Source: the human T2T-CHM13v2.0 reference genome, Homo sapiens. Taken from it: DNA of 64,000 bases. Within the stretch, counting starts at the first letter, position 1; each line of letters opens with the position of its first letter. Of this stretch, positions 27,557 to 43,089 are shown one piece after another. The DNA lies in assembly GCF_009914755.1 (NCBI RefSeq), contig NC_060928.1. One strand, written 5' to 3'. The translations under genes were made by a program, and so were the position numbers. A model generated the notes under the pieces. The model was not told the DNA's origin, searched no databases, and saw nothing but the letters and a program-made list of their open reading frames with translations.

Positions 27557-27804
27557 GATGGGTAACATTCTCTCATGAGAATACAGTACTGAGGATGCTT
27601 TGTACAGAAAGAATAGAACTTCCTTAGAATTGGAAATTAGAGATCATATCTCAGAAAATGGCATTAAGAATTCCGTGTTCTAGGTTCAGAGAAGTGCTTG
27701 CTGTGAACCTGGACTATTGCATACAACTGCCCAGAAAGTGCCACTTTAGAAGAACCAATGGAACTACAATCTTCCTGTATGTGGAAGGGAGCACATGAAA
27801 ATAA

Positions 27805-28880
27805 TACATTAGTTTCCTACTGCAGCTGGAACCGATTACCACAAATTTAGCCGCTTAAACCAACACAAACTTATTATGATATAGTTCTTCAGGTCAGAAT
27901 TTGAACACAGAATTCACTGGGCTAAAATCAAGGTATCAGTAGAGCTGTAACCTGTCTGGATGTTCCAGGGCAAAATCTATTTCCTTGCTCATTGAGAAAG
28001 TTGGCACAATTCGGCTCCTCAGTGTTGTGGAACTGAAGCCCTGTTTCCTCGCACTGTTCGCAGACTGCTGTTCAAGACTCTGAAGACCACCTTCATTTCA
28101 GTCTCGTGGCTCCCTTCCTCCCTTTTCAGAGTTAGCAACAGCAGATTAGTACCTGTCTTCTTTGTCAAGTCTCTCTCTTTACTTCAACCTGGAAAGACCC
28201 TCTGCTTTTATGAGCTCATATGATTAGATTGAACTATCTGAATGATCTCAGATTATTTCTCCATCTAACGGTCCATAACCTTAATCACCACTTCAAATTC
28301 TCTTTTGCCATGTGTCAGGGTAAATTCATATGTCAAATTGACTGGGTCATGGCAGGGCCAGATATCTCATTAAACAACACTTCTGTGAGGATGTTTCTGG
28401 AAGAGATTAGCATTTAACTTGGTGGACTGAGTGAAGAAGATGGCACCCCTCAATGTGAGCAGACCTCACCCAATCAGTTGAAGCCCTGAATGGAGCAGAA
28501 GAAAAAGGAAGGCTGGATTAGCCATTTCTCTGCCTGACTGCTTAGATGGAACATCAACCTTCTTTCGCTCTAGGCACTCCTGGTTCTCAGGCTTTCAGGC
28601 TTGGACTGGAATTTATACCAACAACTCCCTGGCTCCAAGGCCTTAAAACTATACCATGAGCCTTCCTGAGTCTCCAGCTTGAGGGCAGAGGGAGGGAACT
28701 CTTAGCCTCCATAATCATCACAGGGGTCTATACCCTGGAGTATCTCTCTCTCTCTTTCTTTTTCTCTGTGTGTCTATGTGTGTGTGTAGACATATTCTTT
28801 TTCTCTGAAGAGGTCTAATACATATTCACAGATGTTGACAATGAGGCTGTGGACATCTTTGAAGGGGGTATTATTTGTGT
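27805..28880 (-). mobile_element. MLT1 LTR split by a nested MLT2
   Basis: 'ttaccacaaatttagccgcttaaac'; 'cttttgcca|...|tattcacag' split. Confidence 0.75.
28311..28821 (+). mobile_element. MLT2 LTR nested in MLT1
   Basis: 'tatgtcaaattgactggg...gtgaggatgtttctggaagagattagcattt...tctaataca'. Confidence 0.85.
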
Positions 28881-30571
28881 TACTTTAATGAGTTATTCTC
28901 CAAGTTCAGGGGTATAATTTAAAAGGAAAATAAAACATACATATTGAGTTGAGGTTGAATTACTGAGGAGCCAGAAGGTTTGCTAACCTACCCTGTAATT
29001 ATAAGAGATAAAGAAAAAGAGAAAGAAATGTTGGTAAGGGTGGTATTTCCCTCTTTGTTTCCTGAGATGAAGGGAAGATGTGTTCTGCCAGTGCTCAGGG
29101 AATGTGAGTGGATGAAACTGGGTCTTCAGGAAAGGGGAAGCCCACCGCAAGCTAGAGGAAAGCAGGCAGTCCCAGCCCACAAGGGACACTTATGCCTAGA
29201 AGAAAGGATTGTGCTTGAGTATTCCACCATTAGGATTCCCATTCACATACATTGAATAAGTAGAAGATAAGCTGAAGATGCCAAAGATCATCATGAATGA
29301 GGCAGACACATTACCACACCTACTACATAATTGAGCATGTAAGGGGACTTCTTTTTCCCTTTCAAACCCTGATCAAATATAGAGAAAGGTGAGCTAATTG
29401 TAGAATAGAAGATTATGCCCTTAGTTATAGTCCAGGCTTTAGGAACTTCCAGTCAAGTCTCACTGGAAACAAGAGAAAGGGCTTAGAATACAATTACTAG
29501 CAATTCTTGAGATAATAAAGCTGTCCATGTTTATATTAGAGTGTAGTCTCCTCAATTAAACTAATTAAAATAGAAAAGGAAGTAAGAAAAGTAGATGGTA
29601 AAGGTACATGAATAGGGCTGTTTTAATAGGATATTAGATGAAGTTGGAAATATTGTGTGGGGGACCCAGCCTCTCTAGCTTAAGGAATGTATGAGCTTGA
29701 TTCTGTCAGGCACTGCATCCCAGATTGAAAAAAAACGCAGAAACAACTTTAGAAATAAGCAATTTTCAGGAGACCTGTATTGAGTTCTACCATCATTTAT
29801 CCAAGAAACTGAAAGCAAATCACTTTGTTTTTGATGTTTATATTGTCTAAATTTAAGAAGGAATATTGTTACTATAAAAAAAGACATTTTTAATACACCA
29901 TCAATGAAAGTTCCTTAATGAATGAACAAGTGAATGATGAATGCAAAGCATATAGGGCAGTGACTGAAGAGGTAGGTGATGGAGTTGAGATGAACTAGGG
30001 ATCTGTTTGCTTTTGTGTAATTTGGAGGAAATAATCACCCACATCAACAGCAAGGGGAGGAAAGGCTCCAGCAGGATAACTTTGAAAATGGAAGATGGGG
30101 ATGTACAGCAAGTCTTTGAAATCTAAGTTTCGGGTCTCTTTCTACATAACAAAAGAAATTAAACAACTAGAACTGCCCGTTGAAAGCCTTTTTAGTTTCT
30201 CTTTGCCAGCTCATGTGTTGTTAGAGAGACCACGGAATTATATCAGAAAGGAACTTCGCACGTTTTCAAATAGCCTATTTTTAGGGAGCATGAATAATTA
30301 CACCAGATGGCTGTTTAAAATCTGTTGGCATTGTTTCTACTGTACATTCATTGTTTAGAAATCCATTTTGTTAGATTTCAAGGAGAAGTACAAAGTTGCA
30401 ATAGTCATCATATTTAGCATTTATTTCTTTTGTAAATCTTTGTAAAAATTTCCACTGAGAGAAGGTTAACAGATATGCGGATATAGAGATTTTTAATAAA
30501 TTATGATGGCAATGAAGCCAGAAAGCTGCCTCCATAAGAATACAGTATTTAATTTCCAGTGGTTGCTAGGG

Positions 30572-30575
<4 letters not shown>

Positions 30576-30618
<43 letters not shown>

Positions 30619-30643
30619 CCACACTTGCATACACACACACACA
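30576..30643. repeat. (TG)n followed by a short (CA)n
   Basis: Direct reading. Confidence 0.95.
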
Positions 30644-31834
30644 CCTTTCTATGGTTGCCTTTATTTAACTTGTTATGATTTTTAAAGATTACTCAGGATA
30701 ATATTATCAGGGTGATCTGAGAGTAACTGGCCTTTTTTATTTTCTACAGCAAGTGAAAATATGCTATTTTCTTTCCCTGTTTGTTTGCGCCTCTTTGTTC
30801 TTCCTTCCTATCATCTATTCATCGGTTTGTTGTTCTTTCATTTATTTATTATTTTTAAGCTTCTCTCTTTTATATACTCAGATTAGTAAACTGCAAAGAA
30901 AAATTAATCTCTGGTAAACTCTGAAGTGTATCACAGAAAGCAGGGAAGACAGAGTAAATAGTTGTTACTTCTTCACGATTTATTAAATGTATGTATGGTT
31001 CAAAACAGTCAATCCTTCTACATTATTTTTTAATTCTGAATTTTTACGGGCACCTTTAAATTAGGAGAGCAGATGCAGGGGACAGGTTATTACAGGATTA
31101 GTCTTGATACTAGAACTACCTTTGAAACAATGTTTCTCAACTATGATCTATCTATATGGGTCCTCTAAGTTGTCTCTGATCATATGATCACCCGTCCATT
31201 TGCCTGATGGTTACACATCTGATCAACATATTCAACGATAGCATAGCTGCGAATTAAGTTTCATTTAAATAATTAATTTGAAAAGTAAATAGCTTTCAAA
31301 TGTTTCTGCATTTGGCTCTACATTAAAGGGGAATATCCTTTACCCAAAGAATTATTTGAAAGGGCTTAGAAGCAGCATGAAGAAATCACAATAGGCTTGT
31401 GATAGATGATATTAGAGAGAGGACAGAATAATAAGATTAAAGAGCAAAGGAGAATAAAATCACACACTAAGCAATTTGGAGACACTGAGTTGAGGGCAAA
31501 GAGCTCTATAGTGCTCAAAAGAAAAACGCCTGCAGGTTTAAACAAATTGTGTGTGTAATCTAGAACATGAATCAATAATAAATATTTCTGAATAATTCTG
31601 GTCAGAAAGGATTCTTTTGAAAATGTGACAAAATAAGACTGAAATAACAATTACAATGGAAGCCGGCTATTACCTCTGTTATTCAGCATTTTTTTTTCTA
31701 AGAAATTTAGACAAACCATTAGGGAATAGTATGAATGCTTACAACGAAAATCCAATAGATTTGGCTTTAAAAAGTTTGTGGTAACAAGTAATAATAATTA
31801 AATTACTAATTTAAAAAATTTTTTTATTTCTTCC

Positions 31835-32176
31835 TATAAAAATACATGTGCAGATCGTGCAGTTTTGTTACACAGGTATACGTGTGTTATGGTGGTTTGC
31901 TGCACTGATTGGTCCATTCTCTAAGTTCCCTCCCTCCTTCCCCCACCTCTCAACAGGGCCTGGTGTGTGATGTTCCCCTCTTGTGTCCATGTGTTCTCAT
32001 TGTTCAACTCCCACTTATGAGTGAGAACATGCAGTGTTTGGTTTTCTGTTCCTGTGTTAGTTTGCTGAGGATGAGGGCTTCCAGCTTCATCCACGTCCGT
32101 GCAAAGGACATGATCTCATTCCTTTTTATGGTTGCATAGTATTCCATGGTATATATGTACATTTTCTTTATCCAGT
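31835..32176 (-). mobile_element. L1PA (about PA8-11) 3' fragment
   Basis: 'cccacttatgagtgagaacatgcagtgtttgg', 'gcaaaggacatgatctcattc'. Confidence 0.9.
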
Positions 32177-35100
32177 AAATGACTAATTTTTGAGGCAAAA
32201 AGTAATGTTTTCTTTACTATATTGTAGCCACTTCAAGACATAAAATTCTATACTAAATGGAAACAAAATTTGAGAATAAATTGATCAAGATATATTCAGA
32301 AATTGTTGATTATAATTTAAAAATATTAAAAAATATGAAAAATAAGGATACCCAAGCCACATTAAAAGATATTAGTAGAGATTTAGATTCTGGACTTGAT
32401 TAAGAAGAATTAATGTACCAATTTTTCAATTCTACCCCAATTAATAATAACAAACAAAACAAAATTACAGTTATAGTGTCAATGGGGCTTTTGGGCTAGT
32501 TTGGTAAAATCTCTTTAAGCTGATCCAGAAGAGTCAACATAACAAAAACGCATGGAACTATTGGAATGCCTTGTCTTACTATTGCTAAAACTCATGAAGT
32601 TAAAATAACTAAAATTGAACGATAACAATCTAGGAATAAATAAGTAAAATGATTCAATAGAAAAGATAACAAAGACTGAACCACATTTTTGAGTTTAGAA
32701 AGTGATGGTTCACAATTCAAATGATTGGTAAAGAATAGATTATTCAAACACGTATTGGAACAATGAGGTTGCTTTGGGAAAAATAAAATTTGGTTAGGAT
32801 ATCATCATCTGCAAAAAAATAACTTACACATTTGTTAATATGTTAATAAACAAGGTATGAATATGTTAATTAAAATTTAAGTACAACATCTCTAGGAGAA
32901 AATATAGACATGTATGGATATTAATTCTTAGGAAAGGACTTCACTAGCTGAACTCCAAAGTCAGAAAGCAAAAAGTAAAAATACTAATAAATTTGAAAAG
33001 TAAAAATGTAAAAAATAGTGTACCAAATAAATCATTATAAAAAGTTAAAGGCAAATGATTAATTGGGAAATATTTAAAATAAATGTCATGAAAAGAGTAT
33101 TACTTGTATGCCAGTGAATTCTTAAAAGTAAAAAGAAGAAAAGATGGATACTTAGTAGAATAATGGACTGAAGTTTATGAATAGGCATCAATTACAGAAG
33201 TAACAAAAATGGAATGAATTCATTACAGAAAAAACCATGCATTAAAAGTGATTTTTCTAATATGTTTTTAAAAGTTCATTCTATCATTCAACAATTGTCA
33301 CTGATTATGATATGGCAGGAACAACCTAGGTGCTAGGGTTGAAGCAGAACAGAGAACAAGGGCAATGTCCCAGGCACTTGTTTACAAATGGGAAACAGAA
33401 ATACAAGATAATGTCAGTGTCAGTAGGTGGTATTGATACAACAAAACAGGATAATCTGACACAGAGCCACTGGAATGGAGCACAGGCTCCCTTGGTTAGG
33501 GTACTCAGGGAAAACCCCTCTGGGGTATGGATAGGTAAACTGAGACCTAAATCAGGAGAAGATGTCAGTCACGGACTATCTCAGAAACAGTGTTCCAGGC
33601 AGCGTGGGAGCAACTTTAAGATCCTAAGAAACAGAAAGAAGAACATTGTGGGTAAAATTCAAGAGGGCGCGATGGAGAAGCAGTGGGAAGGGGTTGATAG
33701 GCAGAGTATGAAATTAGGTTAGGCAGGTAGAGAGAGATTCTGTCTAATAGGACCAATTAAATTTCATTATAATAGCAACAAGATCTTATTGAATGATTTT
33801 AGGTGGGAGCAGTGATAGGATAGAGTCACTTTTCAAAGATATCCTTTGGCTGTTCTGTGGAGAACAGGTTGTCAATGACAAGAACTGAAGCAAGAGAAAG
33901 CGTTGGGAAATATAACATTGGACCAGGCAGGAGATAATTAGGACAAAATAAAGCAATACAGACATTTTCTAGTTATCATATTGGCAAAGAGTAAAATGAA
34001 TAAATAGGGATGGTAAAAATGAACATCCATATATATGTGTGCATGTGCATTATGTAAATGTATGTCTATATGCTATCATTACTCTCATATTCTATAGACT
34101 TGTTTAATTATTTATTGATATTTATCAAAGTAAATAAGCATACACAGGTTGACCCAGCAATTTAACCTCACAAAGAATTAGCTTCCTAAAATAATTGAAT
34201 TGATTTCCAAAGATTTTATACCATAGTTTAATCTCAGATTTATTCATAATATGGAAAAGTGGAAGTGTCTGAACTAACCTTCAAGGCATAATTGGTACAT
34301 TAATCATGCTTTGTTCATTTCATAGACTGATTACTCAGAAGTCATTAAAAATGATGTTGCAACCTTTCCCTTAATAAAACGAACTACCATTAAGCGATCA
34401 ATTTTGCTAATGCATATATGTAAACATACATGTTAAAATCATGAAATATTATAAATCATGATATAAATAATTATAATTAGTGAGTATGAGATTCTTATGT
34501 AATTTTTTACACATTTGTATTTTGTTATATTTCTGTCATGTAATAAAATTATAATTTAAAAAGTTATTTTAAAATAAACAAGATACAAACTGTGCTAAAA
34601 CCATATGACATTGCCACCAAAACTATTTGTATTTTATACATGCTATGAACTTTCATAATAATCAGACTTAATATCTAAATAAGCCTACATTATTGGAAAA
34701 TTAGCTTAGATAGGTTAACTGTCTATTTTTTAATCACTCAGCTCTTCTTAATATTAGTCTATATTGACTTATCCATGCATCTCTCCATGCATGTTTGACA
34801 TGACACCACCACCAAACTCTATTTGTTTTGTTCAGATATTAGGCTGGATAACCCAGGTCTCCACCTCATGAGCATCAACTGATAAACTCTTCTGCTTTAT
34901 TTCTAACTCAGATCTAGAAATCTTTACTTCAGAAAGTTCTCTGAACCTATTAAGAAAGAACTGGATCCTGCTCCTGAGGCTCTCATAACCCCTGCCTTTC
35001 CTATTACCACAGCTCTGTTTATGTGTCTGTCTTTGCTGATGGACCATGAACTCCTAGAAGAAAGGGAGGTTCTGTCTGAATACCCTCTTTCCTTAGTGCC

Positions 35101-35244
35101 TGGCTCAGATGTTAGAATGCAGTAGGTGCTAAATATATAGTGGATAAACAGAAAGAATAAAGCATCACCATACTTATATTTATTATGTGGTTATATTATT
35201 ATAGGAAGGAGTAATTTATACCTTACTCTTTAAAAATAAATGGA

Positions 35245-36100
35245 TGGAGAAAATACTCAACATCATTAGGGTGTTGCAAATTAACACAACACGATACCAC
35301 TATACTTCTACCAGAACGGCCAAAATCCCAAAAGACCAAATGTTGGCTAGGATGTGGGGCAACAGGAGCTCTCATTCATTGCTGGTGGGAATGAAAATGG
35401 CAAAGCCACTTTGGAAGACAGTTTAGCAGTTTCTTACAAAGCTACATATACTCTTATCATATGATACAGGAATCATACTCTCAGATATTTATCTGAATGT
35501 ATTGACAATTTATGTTCACACAAACACTACACATGAATGTTTATAGCATCTCTATTTATAATTGCCTCAACATAGAAGCAAATAAGATACCTTTGTGAAC
35601 ATTAGTGGATAAACATTCTATAGTATGTGTATACAATAAAATAATTTTTCAATGATAAGAAGAAATGTGATATCAAGGTTAATAAAATGGAGGAATCTTT
35701 AATATGTATTTTTTGTGTGAAACAGAAAGGCCAGTCTGGAAAAGCTACATACTGTGTTATTCCAGCTGTAAACATTCTGAAAAAGGTAAAACTATAGAGA
35801 CAGTAGCAAGATTAGTGGTTACCAACGGTTTGCAGGTAGGGGTGGAGGAATGAATTGGTGGAGCACAGGGCATTTTTAGGACAATGAACTCTTCTGTATC
35901 ATACTGTAATGGTGGGCACATGACATCTTGGATTTGTCAAAACACATAGACTGTACAACAACACAAAGTATACATTTTAATGACAACAATGGTGATAAAC
36001 TGTGGACTTTGGTTAATACCAATGTATCAATATTGATTCATTAATTCTAACAAATGTGCCATGTTAATGCAAAATGTAAACAAGAAGAGAAACTGGGAAT
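35245..36100 (+). mobile_element. L1MC/MD-like 3' end
   Basis: 'ccactttggaagacagtttagcagtttc', 'aaactatagagacagta', 'tgtggactttggttaata'. Confidence 0.82.
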
Positions 36101-38788
36101 TAAAAGAAAAGAAAAACCAACAATAAGTAGATTAATTGTTCAGCTAAAGGTTTGTCCTAAAGGTTTTACAAGCTCACCACTAACTCAAATAGGAACTTGA
36201 GTAATATTTTAACTGAATGTAAAAGTGGGTGGGAGGTGTTTTCTATAGTGTCTGTTACAAGAGTGCTCTGCAGCCTAAAAAAGTACATGTCTTGGAATAG
36301 ACTATGCACAATTAGGTGCTTACCAATCAGAGTCTATTGCTGCTTTGAGTAAATTCCTCCAAAAGTTTCTCGTTGCACTTTGAATAAAATCCAACTCACC
36401 AGGTCTCTATGAGCTGGCCACCTTCCACTCCTCTCTTCCCACCATGGTCCATGGTCTCCATGGCTCAGTGTGCTGCAGCCATCTTATTCTTTCATCTGTT
36501 CCCTCTTCCTCTCCAAGCTTACATGGACCTTGCATTTGGTCTTTTCACTCTCTGGAAACATCTTTCGTCACTTCGTTGGCCTCTTTTCATCATGGTTATG
36601 AGTATGAACCAAAATGGCACATCCTTTCCTCTTCACCCTACCAGAAGCAGCTGCCTCAATCCAGGCACTCTCTCCAATGTTATCTTGTTGCACTTTCTTC
36701 ATTGTACCTATCTTTCGTCCAGTGTATTTCGTTTCTGTTTGACACTAGCCACTAGAAGGTAAGTACTCTCAAAAGCAGAAATCTTGGCTCTTTACTACTG
36801 TTTACCCCTGGCCTTCTATAGTGCCAGCCACATAGTGGATGTCAATGTATCAAACAATACATTGGGTGTAGTGAAATAGAGGAATATATGGAAATTGAAT
36901 TAAGATCAGAGAGCACAGTTGTACGGTTAGGTAGCTCCAGGGTCCAGAATCAATTCTCAATTTTGCCATACATAACTTAACAGGCCCATGTGATACACTT
37001 TACCTCACTGAGCCTTACCTTCTTCTTATATAAAATGAGACTTTCAGACTATATAGGATCTAAAGTCTTTTCTAGCTCTAAAATCATACATTCTTTATGG
37101 CTCAAAATGATTGAGGTCCCACTGGAGAGCCACTAATTCAGATACATTCTATTAGCAATGCAATTTCTGTGATGATATATGTCAGTACAGCATACTGAAA
37201 CCACCTTTCAGAGTGACATTGTCACACATCTGGTCAAATAATTAATATTTCCATCTGGATCAATGCTTTTGGCAGGAACATTGAGTACTTATGCCACATG
37301 ACCCTTCCATCATAAAACAGAAAATGTGTTATTATTTTGTGCCATCAGGCAATGAAACAGTTGGCTTTCCATTTTCCTGTTTTTTTCTTCTTCTTTTTTT
37401 TTTTTCATAGAGTCATCCATTAACCTACACCTGGCATTCCATGTCATAAAGGGATGCAAAATCTCACATGTCTTCATGGAGCTACGAGTGTCCTTTGGTC
37501 TATCTTGTTTCTGTAGAAAACTTAAGGGTATACTAGATCAACAATTATTTTAGGTAAAATATATTCCAATATTAGAAACCCTATGAATATTCTTGTTAGG
37601 AGGGGTCTGGATTGTGGGGGGACACACACAGAATTCCAAATTGGTGCTGGCTCCAGGAAGAGGAAGCTTTCCTACAGTTCTGCTTTCCAGGGTTTGTGTA
37701 GACTTCCTACCACTAGGATTATGGACTCATATATTTTTTCCTTACAATAGCAAATTCTGCTACTAAAAAGGAAATAACTGATTGCATCTAGCAATCCCCT
37801 ACCTTGTATACATTTGCTTCTTGCTTTGAAATTCAGCTTAGTTATGGATCATGATGTTTGAACTAACACTTAAAACTCACATGTCAAGGAATTTACCCTT
37901 CACTCTTCACTCAACTGCAGGAAGTTAAATAGTTTGTGGCAGATGAGCTACTGTTAACAAAGTAATGAGCACTTCATAAAGACAGTCTTGTCTGTTGAGA
38001 AGCCCCAGAAAGCCCACACGCCAGGGTAATAAATGATATTTAGGGACCTTTCTAACAATGGCATGACATCATACTGTTCCCTCTCGACCAGATCTTAGTA
38101 AAGAAAGTGTTAATGGAGAAAAAAGAAATGAGAGGATGGAATTCAAGAAGGATAACTATTAACTCAAGTGAACTTAAGTGCCAAAAGAATCATCGACATT
38201 TCCCAAATACATATGAGGAATAGAAACTCCTGCTTAGAGGTAAAGAATACACTTTGAAGTGCCAGACACAGTATTTGCTTGGTAAACATTAGTTTTCTTC
38301 TTTAGTATAACATAAACTTCATATTCTATTTGCTCAATTTCAAGAGCAGTAGTGTTTTAGGGAGTTTTCTATATGCATAACACTTGGGAGAAACTGAACT
38401 GAATGAGACCATGTCTGTCACTTCATAGAACTTTCAGTACACTGGAGGAGGCACAAACTCAAACATGCTTGAAGATAAAGTGAAATCAGTGCTAAGGAGA
38501 GGTTTGGCAATGTTAAAAGCCTAAGTATGTGTGATTAATTTCAGTCAGAAAATTGGAAAAGCATCTCATAATAGATGTTACTTGAGCTGAGTTTTGCAGA
38601 ATGCTAAGATTGTGAGGAGCAGACAGATTGAGAGAACAACATAAGTCAAGACTTGATAGTGGCAACATTCAGATTATTGCACTTATGGTACCTGGAGAAG
38701 ATAATGGGGGTTAGAATACCTGTTCAAAAAGAGAAAAAAAAAAGGGAGAGTGGATAAGGAAGGGTATGTATAGTATTACATAAGCCTG

Positions 38789-39181
38789 TGATACAGTTTG
38801 GATTTGTGTCTCCACTCAAATGTCAACTTGAATTGTAATCTCCAATGTTGGAGGTGGGCCCTGGTGGGAGGTGACTGGATCATGGGGCAGTTTCTCATGG
38901 TTTAACACTATAGCCTTTGGTGTTGTTATGATGAGAGTGAGTTATCATGAGATCTGGTTGTTTAAAAGTGTGTAGCACCTTCCCCTCTCTTTCTTCCCTG
39001 CTCTGGCCATATAAGAAGTGCCTGCCTCCTCTTTGCTTTCCAACATGATTGTAAATTTCCCGAGGCCTCTGCAGACATGTTTCCTGAACACCCTGTGGAA
39101 CCATGAACCAATTAAACCTTTTTTCTTTATATATTACCCAGTCTTAGGCATTTATTTATAGCAGTGTGAGAACAGAATACA
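38789..39181 (+). mobile_element. MSTA-like solo LTR
   Basis: 'tgatacagtttggatttgtgtc...gagaacagaataca'; 5-bp TSD gcctg/gtctg. Confidence 0.9.
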
Positions 39182-40417
39182 GTCTGGAAGAGTAGGTGAG
39201 GGTTAGATCGTGATAGTAATTAATGCTGAGCTGTAAGTTTTATTCTATTCTGAAATTAAGGAAGAGCTAAGTATAACAGGGCTTTTTATCTGTTGGGTTT
39301 TGTTTGCTTGTTTAATGAGCAAAGTAACTTTACTTTGAAAGAGAAAAATTTATATTCCAATATTGACCACAGAAAAGCACACACACAGACACACACACAC
39401 CACAAACAGACACACAAGCATGTTAGCTAGATGTGTCTATTAGCTTAATTCATTATGTTAACATTTACTGTTATTAAAATATATGTTTACTGTCATGACC
39501 TCAGTTGCCCTAGCTATATGTTTTCAAATTCTAGATGGTGGCACATAAGCCATCAATGACAGAGGTTTGTGTAGTGAATTGAAGAGTATAATTTGTAGCA
39601 GACACTAGCTCTGTGGCCAGGAAGAACAGTTATTATGGAATAAATTGACATAGGAAGCTTCTGTATTAACACGAAGCTACCAAGGACAGTAAGGAGGAGG
39701 GGCAGGCCAGAGGTGGGTGACTGACCTCTGTGATGGCCCCAGGACAAGAAGGCAGAAGCTCACTGGACATTTGGTGCCTAAAAACTTCTTTATGCCTCTT
39801 TCACTGATATGCTAGTGAAAGACTCACCCCAGACTTCCCAGATCAATCAATGATGGGAATTTTGCAAGGTGTGATTTTGATGGGTCCAGGGACTGAATGG
39901 GATAGAGCAAATTCATGAGCATAATTTGTCTTCTGCACTGGTGAGGCTGTGCTGGAGCTGAGGGTGAACTGAGTAAGCAAGGAGTACAGGGTAGAGCCCA
40001 AACTCTGTGAGCCCTTCCCACTCAATTAAGGTGCCAAGCCATACATTGACATCAGCTGTCTCATGCATATAAGCTTAAGGCAACTAGTGTATACACAGGA
40101 CTCAAATTCTCCCCTTCATTGTCTTGTTCTTTGTTCCTCACCTTCCCCAACTCTTTTCCTCACCTTTTCCACAAGGCCCTACCACTTATTTACTATTTAC
40201 TCCATCTTCACATAATTAAAAAATAATAATGTAATTACAGGAAGGTGGGGGTCCTCTTGCTAGGGAAACAGTGATACATGCAGTTTCATTAAAGTTATTT
40301 AACTAGGACTACTTACATCTATTGTTGTTTCTATTGATTCTATTGTTCCTATTGCTATTACTCGTATTGTCAGAAGAATATAAACCTTATTCTTTCCATC
40401 TTTCCATGTTCTGGTAG

Positions 40418-40775
<358 letters not shown>

Positions 40776-41134
40776 AAGCCTTTTTTTTTCTTTTTTTTTT
40801 TTTTTAAAGCATTCCCTATTCTTACAAGATAGACTTTTCCCTCTGACCTATGTTGGCTTTTCAACTGTCAACTCACCAAGTCACCTCCTTTAATCTGTAA
40901 AATGTTCTAAATTCCTGGACCGGTTATTTCACAAAAATATACACATTTCAAATGTTAATATATAGCAAATAAATCTCATTATTGAAAATTATTAAATAAT
41001 TTTGGTTTGTAATCAAAGTAGTGTGATCTTGATATATCAGAAAGGGAGGTTGTATTGGTTTTGTTGTGGTTTATACCTAACAAATTGGGCAAAATATACA
41101 TATGTCATCATATTTAATATACAGGCACAGCTTA

Positions 41135-41481
41135 TAAAAGCAGAGGCTTAATGACAGGGCTATGTCCTGAGAAATATGTTGCTAGGCAATTTTGTCATTG
41201 TGCAAACATTACAGAGTGTACTTACATAAATCTAAATGGCATAGCCTACTATACACTTTGGCTGTATGGCATAACCTATTGCTTCTAGGCTACCAACCTG
41301 TATTACAGGTTACTGTATTGAATACTGTAGGCAGCTATAACACAATGGTAAGTATTTGTGTATCTAAACATTTCTAAACATAAAAATCATAGAAAAACTA
41401 CAATATTATAATCATATGTGACCACCATCATATATTCAGTGTGTCACTGACCAAAACTTTGTTACGCAACACATGAGTATA
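41135..41481. mobile_element. Tigger3a-like DNA transposon
   Basis: 'ttctgagaaat-like...ttgtgcaaacattacagagtgtacttaca...atagcctacta'. Confidence 0.8.
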
Positions 41482-42014
41482 CAAAGATATTGGTGAAGAT
41501 GGGATGAAATAAAAATTAAACTTTATCACTAAAAATTTGTTATAACTTTTTGTCAAAAAAAATTGGCAACATAAAGTGAGTCTTGTAAAGATATTTATTT
41601 TATTTGTTAATCTGATTCCTATCAATTAATCCTTTGAAAAGATCAAGAAAATATTTGGACTCAAGAATGCTCATAATAGCATTATCTGTTAATTAAATAA
41701 GCAAATATTTATTAAGCACCTACTATGATCTGGAAACCCTTCCAGAATTTGCAGACAAATAACCATTGTCTTCTTGACCTTGCATTCTAGCTGGGCAGTC
41801 TGACAGTGATTAGCACTAACATAGATTATTATGGATGGAACTATTTCAAAGGTCAAGGAAGACCTTTCTAAATAAGTGACATTTGAGCAGAAATTGACTA
41901 AAATGAGGAAGTGAGTCATGAGCTATCTGGGGAAAAAAACCTATTTATAACAGCAAAAATCTGTAAGTCACTTCAATACCCAGAAAAAAATTGAAGGGTA
42001 AAATAAAACTTGAT

Positions 42015-42143
42015 AGGGCCACATCATCTTGGTTTGCCCGGGAAAGTTGTGGTTTACACTTATTGACCCAGAATAAGCATAACAGCATCCTACTTTACTT
42101 TTATATATGGTCTGGTTTGGGTAACAAATTTTATGGTTGTCCT
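42015..42143. mobile_element. MER94/MER81-like hAT MITE
   Basis: 'agggccacatcatcttggtttgcccggga...atggttgtcct' with decayed TIRs. Confidence 0.6.
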
Positions 42144-42825
42144 CATACAATGGATTCACATGTAATAAATTAGGGAATTATCTTCCCAACAAACCATATT
42201 TTCTTACCCATGATGTCCTTGGCTTCCCCCTCCAAGATATAAATCTAGGTTTTTACCATGGCTCAGAACATATTCCATTACTTTTTAACCTATTTATGAC
42301 TTCATTCACTTTTTTTGGCTTTAAAAATAACATATACATATTCAAGTCACAATAATTTTATTGAACAGTCACTTCACTCACACTGACAAGTGTTGAGATA
42401 CATCAAAGGAAAACATGAATGACCCCTGCTCTCACGAAGAATGTGGTGTAAAGGAGGGGGTGGAGAAACAGGAACTCATTGTATTATAAATTCTATGTCA
42501 CACTGTGCAGACAACGGTCTATGACATTCAGAGGATTCCGCAGGACCATGAGGGCAAGTGGTTCTAAATTAGGCTGTGAGCTCTTGAAGGACGTCACTTT
42601 CATAACATTTGCATTCTGTTTTGAAGGACAAGTCCATTTAACTAGGTGAAGGAGTGGGGGAATCTATTTCAAGAAGCATGAGTTGATAAAGTTTAATGTG
42701 CACAGAGTTCATGACATATAAAAGCAAAGGCAAGTATTTTTTATGACTCGAGAAACTGGTAGAGAGAAGCAGCTGGAGACGAGGCTGGAGATTTAGGGAA
42801 AGGACATATAATGAAGAATTTGTAG

Positions 42826-42950
42826 ACCAGTCACCCCGGCATGTGCCTGTAATCCCAGCTACTCAGGAGGCTGAGACCCGAGGGTTAGGGGCTCAGCAGA
42901 CCAGCCTGTGCAACTGCAGTAAGACTTTGTCTCACACACAAAGAAAGAAC
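42826..42950 (+). mobile_element. FLAM
   Basis: 'gcctgtaatcccagctactcaggaggctgag...accagcctg'. Confidence 0.8.
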
Positions 42951-43089
42951 ACGTGTGTTGATCCTATATGTGTGAATTGTGTCCTATAGATACAGATAAA
43001 CTGATTTTTAAAGTGGTGAATGATATAATCAAAGTTTGATTTGGAAAATATTATTTCTTCAGCAGGCAAACAAGTTACCAAGTTTGTTT

